NCBI GenBank assembly: GCA_951406725.2
Contig: OX597819.1
Coordinates: 33,790,001 to 33,854,000, forward strand
DNA length: 64,000 nucleotides
Direction: 5' to 3'
Origin: Octopus vulgaris
Taxonomy: Eukaryota
In this document: positions 12,564-25,307 of the stretch, in pieces
How positions within the stretch are numbered: the stretch's first letter is position 1
Layout: every line of letters starts with the position of its first letter
Translations under genes and position numbers: made by a program
Notes under the pieces: generated by a model
Database searches by the model: none
What the model was told of the DNA's origin: nothing
What the model saw: only the letters and a program-made list of their open reading frames with translations

Positions 12564-13526
12564 AATATGTATGCAGGGACTCTCTAATGGTGGTCCATCC
12601 ATTACTATGGTTAAGGTCATGATCACAACATCATGGTTTCAATTCCCAGATCAGGCAGTGTGTCGTATTCTTGAGGAAAACACTTCGTTTCATGACATTC
12701 CAGTCCATTCCAGTCTATTCAGCTGCAAATGTGTAAGTAACCTTGTGATGATCTGGCATCTTATTCAAGAGGAATGTTGTGATCCTGGACACTTATATGC
12801 CATGTAAACCGAATAACCAGCCTTATGGGTCCTATGATCCAAGACAATAATGACTAGGAGTTTTACTACACTACATACATAGAGGACTATATAATGATGT
12901 TCACTCAAATAACCCCTGAATCAAAATGTGATGATGATGATGATGATGATGATAGTGGGAATGGTTTTATTAAAGATTAAGGATTAGGAATTGGTGCCAA
13001 GATAGCAGTAGTAACCACAACAGATGAGATTGTGTGTGAGTGGGGCAGGGTGTGGAGTGTGGGTGTGAAGAGTATATGTATGGTTAGGGTTTATATAATT
13101 ATCAACTTGTGAGAGAAGCACCTAGATGACCTGCAAGAAATAGCAACCAAATCTCCCTCGTAACACACCTTACTCTGGGGGTTTATATTGGATAATGTAG
13201 TTTTGAAATATTATCAATTGGAAAATAATGACTGGATGGTCATGGTTGGAACTCCTTTGATTATAAGTCACCCTGGGGACTAAACAATAACTTGGAGAAG
13301 GAGTAGAATTACAGAGCAGTAAAAGTTCAGAGAAACTGTGTGCCACACGTGTGTGCACGTGTGAGAGAGAGAGGGGGAGAGAAAGAGAGAGAGGGAGAGA
13401 AAGAGAGAGAGAGGATAATGGTCTAATTGTAAATGAGAGAGGGACAATAAGGCTGTGTATAAGGCAAAGAGAGAAAGAGAGAGTAAAAGAGAACAAAAGA
13501 AGGTTATGTGTGTGAGACAGAGAGAG

Positions 13527-13595
<69 letters not shown>

Positions 13596-14292
13596 AAGAG
13601 ACAAGGCTGTGAAAGTGAAAAAGAGAATAAAGGTGAATGTGAGAGATAAGTTTGTGTGTGAAAGAGAGAGAATAGGAATGTGTGTGTGTGTGTGTGTGTG
13701 TGAAATAATGTAAGTGTGAATGTGTGCATGCATGCTGATTTGTTTGTTGTTATGGTGGAGGTCTTGGAAGAGAGTGAGGATGGTGAAGATGGTGTGCTGG
13801 AGTGATGTTTTGGCCAAGATAGTAGGGGTGCTGGTGGTGGTGGTGGTGGTTGTGAGGAGCAGGGGGTGGGGGCGACTGTGGATGTAGAAGTGTGTAAAGT
13901 TGAAGCATAAAGTTAAAATATTGTTGGAATGTAGAAAGTTAGTGTAGTTGAATGGTTTTGGTGCAGCTTCTAAGGGGGTGATGGTGAGGGCAGCACAAGG
14001 GGTAGGGTGTAGATGATGGTGAGAGGTGTATGGTGGGGATAGTGCAAGGATAACAAGGATAAGGAAGTGGGAGGGGAGAATGTGGGGGAGTTGGGTGGAG
14101 AGAGATAGGGAGAGAGACATGTAAGAGGGAAGTGAATGATTGAACAAGAGGAAAAGGAAGAGAGAGAGACAGGCAGACAGAGAGAGAGAGAGAGAGAGAG
14201 AATGGGGAAAGAATAGAAGTGTAATAGAGTGAGGGTGGGAGGAAGACAAGAAGGCGAGGAGGAAACTAAAGTGAAGGCAAATTTTGAGAGAG

Positions 14293-14340
<48 letters not shown>

Positions 14341-15117
14341 AGTGAGTAATTTAATAAAGTGAGGGGGAGAGAGGAGAAAACTGTGAAAAATGTGGGTGAG
14401 TGGGTGGATGAAAAGGGAATATGTGTAGGATTAATGAATGAAAATATGAGAGGAAGAAAAAAATAAGGGGAAAAATGATATGAAAAAGTAAAGAGGGAGA
14501 TTTAGAGAGAAATATGAGAAAGAGGGAGAGAGGGAAAAAGTGAGAGAGAGAGACAGAGGTGGAAGAGATTATGAAGGTACTGTGTAAGAAAGATAAAGTT
14601 GTGGGGCAATCATTTTTGATCAAACACACTTATCATCAATGTATATTCCAGCCATGACCATTCTGTCAATTTCTATACCTATGGCTATGTTATAACTGAT
14701 ACGTTGAATGGTAGCATCAATTGACCAACTTCATTGGGAACTCTTGTGTCCCAGATCAGCTCAATCAGAAAGAAAGAAATGCTATACCAATCTGACTTTA
14801 CCCCCAAATAAGTCTACAAGTTCACAAATATGCAACTTTAATGGATTGCAGTCTATTTTGAATTATCACCATTATTATTATAACTGTATTATTGTCTACA
14901 GTGTTGGACAACCAAACGAACCTGGGATAGACTGGGAAACCAATATCCAAGCTGTCTCAGAGCATGAGATAGTCAACACTGGTCAATATAGTTGCAACAA
15001 TTTGGACAGCTAACTAAACATAAGATGCCCAAAATTAATATAGCCAATGTTCAAACTGTCTCAGATACAATGTCCACATTGCTGGACAACCAGCTGACCA
15101 TGACTAGAAAGCAGATA

Positions 15118-15329
15118 CTCATTTACTCTTTTACTTGTTTCAGTCATTTGACTGCGGCCATGCTGGAGCACCACCTTTAATTGAGCAACTCGAACCTGGG
15201 ACTTATTCTTTTGTAAGCCCAGTACTGATTTTATCGGTCTCTTTTGCCAAACCACTAAGTGATGGGGACATAAACACACCAGCATCGGTTGTCAAGCAAT
15301 GCTAGGGGGACAAACACAGACACACACAA

Positions 15330-15360
<31 letters not shown>

Positions 15361-15543
15361 TATATATATATACATATAAACGACGGGCTTCTTTCAGTTT
15401 CCGTCTACCAAATCCACTCACAAGGCTTTGGTCGGCCCGAGGCTATAGTAGAAGACACTTGCCCAAGGTGCCACACAGTGAGACTGAACCCGGAACCATG
15501 TGGTTGGTAAACAAGCTACTTACCACACAGCCACTCCTGCGCC
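15118..15543 (-). mobile_element. SINE family B
   Basis: Reverse-complement homology to family B. Confidence 0.9.
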
Positions 15544-15786
15544 TAGATGTTCAAGTTGTCTCAATTCATTGTCCATATTGTTTGATAACCAAATGACTTT
15601 GACTAAATAAGCAATTCACTATGACATGTCCACATTGTTGGACAACTAACAGACTAGGAGACTGGGAAATAGCCAAAGCTACAGAGCTAACGTTTGTCTA
15701 AACTACATTGTCCAAGTTGTTGGATAACCAACTGAACATGTGATAGCCAACACAATCTAGCCAATGTCCATTGACCATGTCATTGT

Positions 15787-16545
15787 AAAAGCACATGGCT
15801 TAGTGGTGAGAGTATTTGGCTTATGATCGTACGGTTGTGAGTTCAGCTCCCAGCAGTGCATTGTATCCTTGAGTGAGACACTTTATTTCACATTGTTCCA
15901 GCCCATTCAGGTGGCAAAAATGAGTTGTACCTGTAATTCAAAGAGCCTTCCTTGTCACATTCTGTGTCATGCTGAACAGCACTGGATTAACCATTAAGCA
16001 AAATAAGCACGTGCTTAGGGCATCAAGGGAAGGAGGGGACACCACAGAAATGGTAAATAGTTTACAGTACAAAAGAAACCACTTTAAACTTACTAAAATA
16101 ATATTCATGATGCCTTTATCTCTACTAAGTACAGATGCAGATGTGTTACCTAAGATTAGTTTGGGGGATCTGGTCAAAGACTTTGCAATTTATAAAAGTA
16201 GGAGGAAACTTTTCAAATATAAATAAAGTGAAAGTATACAAAAATAAACATTATTTTCCCTCTTACTATTTTGTTTTGATTTGAAAAATAGAAATTTATT
16301 TTATGGTTTGTTATTGCTTATATTTTAAATTACATAATCATTTATGAGGGCATCAAAATCTTTTAAGTGTTTAGGGCCTCAATGGGTCTTAATCCAGCTC
16401 TGATGCTGAATCTCCCTGAGATCCACATAAAGGATATGTGTGTCTGTGGAGTGCTCAGCTACTTTCACATTAATTTCGCAAGCAGGCTGTTCTGTTGATC
16501 AAATGAATTGGAACCCTAGTCATCATAACCGACAGAGTGCTAGTT
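15787..16545 (+). mobile_element. SINE family D interrupted by a hAT element
   Basis: The two halves match the intact copy at 54136-54455; TSD ACCATGYCATTG at 15774-15785 and 16547-16558. Confidence 0.8.
15977..16402 (+). mobile_element. Internally deleted hAT (Tip100-like) transposon
   Basis: TIRs CAGCACTGGATTAA / TTAATCCAGCTCTG; perfect 8-bp TSD ATGCTGAA; remnant LSLLSTDADVLPKISLGDLVKDFAIYKSRR resembles the hAT C-terminal dimerisation region. Confidence 0.85.
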
Positions 16546-17104
16546 TACCATGCCATTGAACAACCAGCTAAACATGATATCTCTAAGACTAGATAGCCAA
16601 TGCCCAAATCACCTCAACTACATTGCTCACATTTTTACATAACCAACTGACCAAGCAAGACTAGATAGCCAATGTCCACTATGTTGGACTACCATCCAAC
16701 CATCAGATAACCAAGACTAGAGAGCCAATACAGTAATAGAATGACCAATATATGATAAACAATTCTTCATAAAATGATGAACGTTGGATCGTAGAATGAT
16801 GAACCAGGATGATGTAAACCAGACACCAACCAAACTTGGATTAAGCAACGATGAAAAGTAGAGCAAATAGTAAGCTTCCAGTTAATTATGTATAAATCAT
16901 TTAACGGTCACAGCAATCAGGTCATATTTTTAGTGTCATAGCTGCATGTGCAGATTTTCAAGAGGCACAACTGTAGTTTACTCTAAATCGATATAGACAA
17001 CAACAACAACAACAACATCAACTATTACTACTACTACTATCACTACTACTACAGTGTACATTATATGAGAAAATAGTTTGGATTATAAATATAGGTTGAA
17101 TGAC

Positions 17105-17161
17105 AGACACACATGTATATGTATGTACATATGTATATGTGTGTGCATATTGTTCGATTTG

Positions 17162-17195
<34 letters not shown>

Positions 17196-17209
17196 CATAT
17201 ATATATATG

Positions 17210-17260
<51 letters not shown>

Positions 17261-17292
17261 GTATATATATATATATACATATATATATATAC

Positions 17293-17390
<98 letters not shown>
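17105..17390. repeat. Long interrupted (TA)n microsatellite
   Basis: Direct observation. Confidence 0.95.
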
Positions 17391-17391
<1 letters not shown>

Positions 17392-17593
17392 CATGCATAT
17401 TGATGAGCAGTAAGAGAGAGATTATATTTCGGCATATAAATGTTAGTAACATGAAAAAAAAAACCTGCAGTGTGTTTGCAAACACAGTTTATAGCACTGC
17501 ACTCATCACATACTTACATACATACATAAAGATACATAGACACATATACAAAATACACAGTGTACACAACACACACACGCACACACACACACA

Positions 17594-17638
<45 letters not shown>

Positions 17639-19025
17639 AAGAGATTATTATCTAAAGTATTAACAAACATCAAAAGTGATTTACTAGTATTTATGATTTT
17701 TTTTTCTCTTCTTTCCAGTTTAAAATCCATATTGCCCATTACTTTACACTTCTGTCTTCATTTTCATTTATTTATTTATATATTTTCATGTATTTATTTA
17801 TTTATTTATAATTTCCTTCCATTCTTTCTTTCTTACACTTCTCAATCATATTTTGTTTGTATTTTCACCTTCCCTTGAAGACAATAAATTTCCTTTCTCA
17901 GAACAGAACAACTCGACATGACATTTTGGCTAGAAGTTTCCTTTCCACTATTGTTTTATAGTTCCTTCATAAAATATATTTCTTAATATATATATAGGTA
18001 TATATATCATTGCAGAAACACCACCCTTCAAGCAGTTTTCTGCTAGTATACAAGAAAATGAAAAATTCTAGAAGAAACAAATAATACATGATGTATACTG
18101 TTTTATACACATTTGTGTCTTACTGAACGAAGGTTGAAATATAATATTTCTGTGTAATTTAGATATGATAAATAGATATAGAGTAAAAGTATTTCAAACA
18201 AAAAGTTTGTAATCTTTAATGAAAATGATTGAATTGAAGCAGTTGAGAGAAAGAGGGAGAAAAGGAGAAAGAGAGCATTGCAAGGAAATAAACTGAGGCT
18301 AAGAGTGAGAAGAAGAGTTTTAAGAATAGAGAAAAGAAAAAGTCCAATTGAAAGAGAGGTGGTCAACAAGGAAGAGATGGAAAGAGAGAGAAAGAAGAAA
18401 GAAGTAAAAAAAGGAAAGAAAGGAAATGCTATGACAAGGATAATACAGAGAAAAAGTTATATGGATAGAGAAATTAGAAGACTGGGAGGAATACAGGTGG
18501 TAAACAAAAAGAAAATCTTTGTAACCATGTATTTTTAATGAAAACAATTGAATGGAGGCAGTTGAGAGAGCGGGGAGGCAGAAAGAGCGGAAACATTATG
18601 AGGTTAGTGACAGAGACAGTCTAAGAGAAGTAGAAGTGGTTAATAAAGAAATGGAAGGAGACCAATATTTTACAACAATCTTTGTACATGAAATGGAGAT
18701 TTGATATGCACAAAAACGTATCTGTTGCATGTTTTACATGTAACTGTTATTGCTAGAATTGAATTGCAGTGAGGGTATGGATGGATTGGCAAAATTGGCA
18801 GGAGATCAGGTAAAAAATAGTTTGGGATATTTAGTGATGTCCCTTTATGTTCCTTTATTTTCAAATCCTATTTAGGTCAACCTTGCAGTTCATCCTCCTG
18901 GGGTTCACAAAATAGATACCAGTCAAATATAGGAATCAATATAAACAACTACTGATCCCTTCCATATTTCTGGTTTGTGCACATAGAACAAATTGTCGTA
19001 ATTATTATTAAAAGATAAGAATTAA

Positions 19026-19235
19026 GGTAGAGAGCTGGCAGAATCGTTAACATGTTGGGCAAATGCTTAGCAACCTTTCATCCATCCTTATGTTCTGAGT
19101 TCAAATTCCACTGAGTTCTACTTTATCTTTCATCCTTTTGGGGGTCGATAAATTAAGTACCCGTGAAACACTGTGGTCGATAAAATTGACTTATGCTTCC
19201 TCCCCAAAATTTCAGGCCTTTAGTAGAAAGAATTA
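19026..19235 (+). mobile_element. SINE family A (alternative tail)
   Basis: Homology to family A. Confidence 0.8.
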
Positions 19236-19544
19236 TTAAAATATAAGAAGGACATAGATAAGATTAGCAGTATCATTAGCCGTCATAGAGAATTTTTTGC
19301 AGCATATACTCATGTGACTCTTTATTGTGAGGTAAATCAAGTTTATTTTTTTATTCTGTTGTCAACAAAGTATCAGTTATGTACTGGGGTAAATATAACT
19401 GACAATATTGTCAGCACAGTTTGTAGCCTTTGATCAATATTATCTGCAGTCAGTTGTTGCAACTATGACAGTCCATGGCTTTGGCATGAATCGACAAGCT
19501 TTCTCCATACTTGTCACATTTTCACTTCAGTTTGCCACTTATTA

Positions 19545-19760
19545 TGATCAGTTCCTTTCCACTTCATGTTTCTTTTTTGCAGCATCTTTGAATCTCAGTT
19601 TAGGTCTTCCATGATTTTTTTCCCCCTTGCATAATTGGGAGTAAAGGATTTGTCTGAGGAGTATGTTGTGGTCCAACCAACATAAATTTCTATCAATAAG
19701 GATTTCTATCATAGGAGGCAGGCGAGCACACCATAGCACCTCTTCACTCCTGATCTTGTC
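19545..19760 (-). mobile_element. RTE LINE C-terminal fragment
   Basis: LRQILYSQLCKGEKNHGRPKLRFKD motif of RTE/BovB-type ORF ends. Confidence 0.7.
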
Positions 19761-19902
19761 AAAGAGACTGATATCAATAAACAGGGTGAAGGAAATAGCA
19801 GGAAAGACAAAATGGCAGTCAGAGCATGAGTGGCAATGTGAGTAAGTGGTAGTGAGACAAGATAGTAAAAGGTAAGTAAGTAAAGACCCCTTTTGGTCAT
19901 CA

Positions 19903-20218
19903 ATGACCATGGGATCACATCGAGAAAGTTTTTCTCCGAGGCACGAGTCCAGGCAAGCATGTGTGTGGAAGACCAGCAGTCACCCATGCATACCAGCATA
20001 CCACTCTATGCTACTGATGTTATCCAAGGGAAAGACAAAGGTTGATACAGCTTGGCACCAGTGAGACATCGCAACTCATTTCTACAGTTGAGTGAACTGA
20101 AGCAACATGAAATAAAGTGATTTGCTCAAGAACACAACACACAGCCCAGTCCAGGAATGAAACTCACTACTTTATGATTGTGAGCCCAATGCTCTAACCA
20201 CTGAGTCATGCAACTTAA
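19903..20218 (-). mobile_element. SINE family D variant
   Basis: Reverse-complement homology to 3788-4080. Confidence 0.75.
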
Positions 20219-20265
20219 CAAGACAAGTTAGTAATAGTCTACTAAATGGCAGTGAAAGTCTAAAT

Positions 20266-20386
20266 TAGTGGTTCACCCACCTTTTTTACCTTTCGATACT
20301 TTTGTTCTTATTTTACTCTACTGGACCTCCACAGCCATTCGCTGTATATACAAAAAATTTTACTGTACTCTGGTTGAGAACCAATA
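20266..20386 (-). mobile_element. Short hAT MITE (deletion derivative)
   Basis: Ends TAGTGGTTC... and GGTTGAGAACCAATA; imperfect 8-bp TSD GTCTAAAT/GTCAAACT. Confidence 0.55.
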
Positions 20387-20533
20387 GTCAAACTGGTAGC
20401 AAGAATCTACCATAGCAATGTGAAACTAAATATTACTGGCAGACTAAACAGTAAGGACAGATGAAATAGTAATATTAGTCTAAATGTGGGAACAACACTA
20501 CATTGTAGTTTTGAGGTGTCTGCATGTATATAT

Positions 20534-20766
20534 ATTTCTTTACTACGCACAAGGGGCTAAACATAGAGGGGACAAACAAGGACAGACAAAGGGATTAAGT
20601 CGATTACATCGACCCCAGTGAGTAACTGGTACTTAATTTATCGACCCCGGAAGGATAAAAGGCAAAGTCGACCTCGGCGGAATTTGAACCCAGAACACGT
20701 AACGGCAGACAAAATACGGCTACGCATTTCGCCTGGCGTGCTAACGATTCTGCCAGCTCGCCGCCT
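20534..20766 (-). mobile_element. SINE family A
   Basis: Reverse-complement homology to family A; flanks ATGTATATA. Confidence 0.9.
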
Positions 20767-20977
20767 TATGTATATAGCAACAATATTGTCCTACACGTTG
20801 GACCAGTACTTCACTATAGGTCTGAGATGCTTCTGTGTGTGTAGCAGCAACAGCATGGTTCTGGATGTGGGATCTATGAACCATTGTGAAAGTACTACCC
20901 CATTGTGAGCCTGAGAAGTTTGTATGTATCTAGCAGCAACAGCGCGGGTCTAGATGTGGTAGTAGTAAATATATATA

Positions 20978-21345
20978 TCATCATCATCATCGTTTAACGT
21001 CCGCTTTCCATGCTAGCATGGGTTGGACGGTTCAACTGGGGTCTGGCAAGCCCGAAGGCTGCACCAGGCCAGTCAGATCTGGCAGTGTTTCTACAGCTGG
21101 ATGCCTTTCCTAACGCCAACCACTCCGAGAGTGTAGTGGGTGATTTTATGTGCCACCGACACAGGTGCCAGACGAGGCTGGCAGACGGCCATGCTCGGAT
21201 GGTGTTTTTTATGTGCCACCGACACAGGTGCCAGACGAGGCTGGCAGATGGCCACGCTCGGATGGTGTTTTCTTATGTGCCACTGACACAGGTGCCAGAC
21301 GAGGCTGGCGAACGGCCACGATCGGATGGTGTTTGTTACGTGCCC
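20978..21345 (-). mobile_element. RTE 3' UTR fragment with three ~63-bp tandem repeats
   Basis: Homologous to 11070-11402; repeats at about 21146, 21208 and 21272. Confidence 0.8.
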
Positions 21346-21360
21346 ACATATATATAGGTA

Positions 21361-21433
21361 AATGCAGCTGATGAAGCCTAATCAAATTTACGTAGTCAAA
21401 CGTATTTGAAGAGTCAGAAACCGGTCCTGCATT
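21361..21433 (+). ncRNA. Type I hammerhead-like ribozyme motif (Penelope-type)
   Basis: Stem I AATGCAG/CTGCATT; CTGATGA at 21368-74; long imperfect stem II; GAAA at 21417-20; palindromic ACCGGT; GUC cleavage triplet. Confidence 0.65.
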
Positions 21434-21677
21434 ATCCGATTCTAGGTTGTCCATTTATCAGTTGTTCTTCCTAGAGGTAAGACAAATTTTTTTCATGTTT
21501 GTTGCACACACGCGTCTTTGCTAGTATATACGCAGTGAAGCTATACAATAGCGTCGTATTTATTATGATTGCTATTTTCCAGTAAATATCGGTGCCTTAT
21601 TGTACCATTTATTTACTTTTATATATATATACATATTTACACACACACATGCATATATATATATGTGTGTGTGTGTT

Positions 21678-21712
<35 letters not shown>

Positions 21713-22617
21713 ACATTTATATACACACACACGTGTGTGTGTGCATATATGTTTTGTGTTTGTGCATGTGTGGTGTATGCTTACCTTGAAAATTCATAAC
21801 ACATCCTTCCATATATTGTATTACATCTCTTACCCCTCTCTTTGTATTTGTAAACATGTTTCGTTTTTGATCTTATTTTTTTTTTGTAAACCTTGCAGCA
21901 AGTTTCCTTATTTTTTGGGACCTCTTCAAATCTTTGCAGCTAATAAACAAAAAAGAATGATGACGATGATGATGATGATGATGATGATGACGATGATGTT
22001 TGTGGTGATGTTCATGGTGATGGTGATGGTGATGGTGATGATGATGAGGACAACAATGCCGACAGTATAATGAGAAAGTTGCTATAAATGATAAATATAT
22101 TACAGAATCTAGTTTGGTTTTTCACAATTCCAATTTCCTTTTATCGGTAGTATTGACTTCACCTTTCAGCCCATAAAGTTCAATGAAACAATACTGGGTT
22201 TGATTGATTTAATTGACTAAATCAATTATCCTATATAACTGTGACATGTTTCAAGTCAAATGAATTCCATTTTGCCATCAAAAGAAACCATTATTATTTT
22301 GAGAGATGAAATGCCTAAATCTATGCTTTACTGGGCTCCTACTTGTGGAGTTGAGAAAAATCAATGTCACCAAAGGGATTGCATGTTGGCCCCTCAGGCT
22401 TCGGGCCAATTTTAAGAATCATTAATATGATCTTTTTTGTTTCTTTTATTTTTGTTTGTTTTCTTTTTAATTTTGATTTGGCTTTTTGCAGTTTTGTTAC
22501 TTTGTGCTTCTTTGAAAGCTGATCGAAGCTGGTAATTTAAAGACACGAGGAAAAGAGCTAAGTATTTTTCCTCTTCAATACTCTGCCTGTTCAAAGAATG
22601 AATGAACGAATAAATAA

Positions 22618-22684
<67 letters not shown>

Positions 22685-22734
22685 CAACAACAACAATAAC
22701 AATGATGATGATGGTGGTGGTGGTAGTGGTGGTG

Positions 22735-22945
22735 GTTTCAAATTTTGGCCCAAGGCCAACCATTTCGAGGGTGGGTTAAGTCAATTATATTGATCCAAGT
22801 ACTGAACTGGTACATACATTGTCAGCCCCAAAAGGATGAAAGGCAAAGTCAATCTTGACAGAATTTTTGACTCAGAACATAAAGACACATGAAATGCTGC
22901 TAAGCATTTTATCCATGATGCTAATGGCTCAGCCAGCTTGCCACT
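22735..22945 (-). mobile_element. SINE family A (diverged) between (TAA)n tracts
   Basis: Reverse-complement homology to family A. Confidence 0.7.
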
Positions 22946-22986
22946 TTAATAATAATAATGATGATGATGATGATGATGATAATAAC

Positions 22987-23453
22987 AAAAATATGGGTTA
23001 CAACAAATATTCTGCTCAATACCACAGATTTACTTGTCAGTTGCTTGACCTTAACTAGTTGAGCATGTCTCTTACTGGCTGACAATATGTGCATCTCTGA
23101 TCATGAACAGAAGTAGTGGGGGACCATCATAGCTATGTGTTGAAAGGAATTTTGGGGCAGTTTGGATAATTCACACTTGGAGACATGGGTGTTTCATTCA
23201 GCATCCTTAAACAACCCTTATTCATGGACTTTTTGAGCGGGATAGGCCACTTGACCTGAAGAAAATTCTAACTGGGCCCCACTCGCAAAGTCATGCGCTG
23301 TTTATCTTGATATGAGATCACCATGTTGCACACATATGTTTGTGATGCATGTGCCTGATGTACCCTTATCAAACGGGTAGTCATGATGGGTATACTGGGC
23401 TTCATATATTTTACCTCAGTGTCACTTTGATGGTATATATTGCTTTCTTACTC
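22987..23453 (+). mobile_element. (TAA)n-associated non-autonomous element, 5'-truncated
   Basis: Homologous to the copies at 23729, 52177 and 54797; ends ...TACTC(AAT)n. Confidence 0.8.
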
Positions 23454-23500
<47 letters not shown>

Positions 23501-23507
23501 TAATAAT

Positions 23508-23720
23508 TTTTTCTACTCTAAGCACAAGGCCTGAAATTTTTGGAGAGGGGGTCAGTCAATTACATTGACCTCAGTACGCAGCTGGTATTTAATTTATCAA
23601 CCCCAAAAGGATGAAAAGCAAAGTCAAATATGGTGGAATTTGAATTCAGAATGTAAAGACAGACGAAATACCACTAAGCATTTCGCCAGGGTTGCTAACA
23701 TTACTACCAGCTCGTCACCT
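23508..23720 (-). mobile_element. SINE family A (alternative tail)
   Basis: Reverse-complement homology to family A. Confidence 0.8.
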
Positions 23721-23728
23721 TTATAATA

Positions 23729-24242
23729 ATGCAGTACCAGGTTGTGGCTCTCATGGCTTCTGATCTTAACTGATTGGAATTGTTATCATGTACATTGTTT
23801 CGTCTTGGTATAAAAGATGGGCTACAGTAAATATTCTGCTCAATACCACAGATTTGCTTGTCAGCTGTTTGATCTTAACCAGATGAGCATGTCCCTTACT
23901 GGCTGATGATATGTGTATCTCTAATAGTGAGCAGAAGTAGTGGGGGAGCATCATACCCATGTGTCGAGAAGAATTCTTTGGGGTTTGGATAATTCACCTT
24001 TGGAAACATGGGTGTTTTGTTCAACATCCTTAAGCAACCCTTATTCAGGGACCTTTTGAGCAGAATGGGTTACTCAACCTAAAGAAAATTCTAACTGGGC
24101 CTCACCTGTTTATCTTGATATGAGATCACCATGTCATGCGCATATGGTTGTGATGCATGTGCCTGGTGTACCCTTATCAGACGGGTAGTCATGATGGGTA
24201 TACTGGGCTTCATATCTTTTACCCCAGTGTTATTTTCACATG

Positions 24243-24245
<3 letters not shown>
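23729..24245 (+). mobile_element. (TAA)n-associated non-autonomous element
   Basis: Homology to the family; TAA repeats on both sides. Confidence 0.8.
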
Positions 24246-24300
<55 letters not shown>

Positions 24301-24426
24301 TATAATAATAATCCTCTGTGTGAAATAAATGTATGACGAAAGAGTAGAGAAAGACACTGAAGAGAAAGCATAGTATGGAAGAACATGGTGGAGGAGAGAT
24401 ATCAATGTTACTACAGAAATTTTACA

Positions 24427-24462
<36 letters not shown>

Positions 24463-24474
24463 CATTATTATTAA

Positions 24475-24690
24475 GGCGGTGAGCAGGCAAAATCATTAGC
24501 ATGCCAGATGAAATGCTTAGCGGTATTTTGCCCTTTATTATATTCTGAGTTCAAATTCTGCCATGGTCGACTTTACTTTTCATCCCATCAGGGTTGATAA
24601 AATAAGTGCCAGTTGAACAATGGGGTCAATGTAATCAATTCATTCCCTCCCCAAACAATTGCTGCCCTTGTGGCAAAAATTGAAATCATT
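24475..24690 (+). mobile_element. SINE family A (alternative tail)
   Basis: Homology to family A; lies within (TTA)n. Confidence 0.8.
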
Positions 24691-25264
24691 GTTGTTATTA
24701 TTAAGACTGAGAATCAGAAATAGTTGAATAGTGGACAAATTGTCGAACAATATTTGGCTTCATCCCTCAACCCAGCCTTTGAGGATTAAAAAACTAAATC
24801 TATTGTTGAAAAAAATTGTTTTCACACACACACATTTAAACACAAACATCATTAAAGAGGGTGTTTTGACTTAGTACTATCCATGGGGCAGAGGCAATCT
24901 CTTTACAACAAATAATGGAAATACAACATTTCAAGTGAGTTAGAGTTAGGTTCAGAGTTCCTTCAAATGGCAAAATTTATCTAAAACAAAGAAAAATGGG
25001 GAAGCAATATTTTTCATTATAACAATATGGCTGAGGGAAAATATCTTTGGGGAGCATTCCGCATATTAAATTCAAATGTAGGAGGGTTTCACATATATAG
25101 CATAATGAATTGAAATACTTTGATGGAAATGGCTGTGTAGTTAAGAAGCTTGCTTCCTATCCATGTGGTCTTGGGTTCAGTCCTACTATGCAGCACCTTG
25201 GATAAACACCTTCTAATATGAAGCCCTACAAGTGGATTCAGCAAAGAGAAACTGAAATTCTACC

Positions 25265-25295
<31 letters not shown>

Positions 25296-25307
25296 TAATC
25301 ATTTATA

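Noticed and set aside
13170-14249. 359-aa ORF, the longest in the track
   Set aside because: Translation of CT/CA-rich low-complexity DNA that lacks stops for compositional reasons; no domain-like sequence.
21146-21345. 63-bp repeats and other arrays considered as CRISPR-like
   Set aside because: Whole units repeat without unique spacers, they lie in an RTE 3' UTR, the context is eukaryotic, and there are no cas genes.
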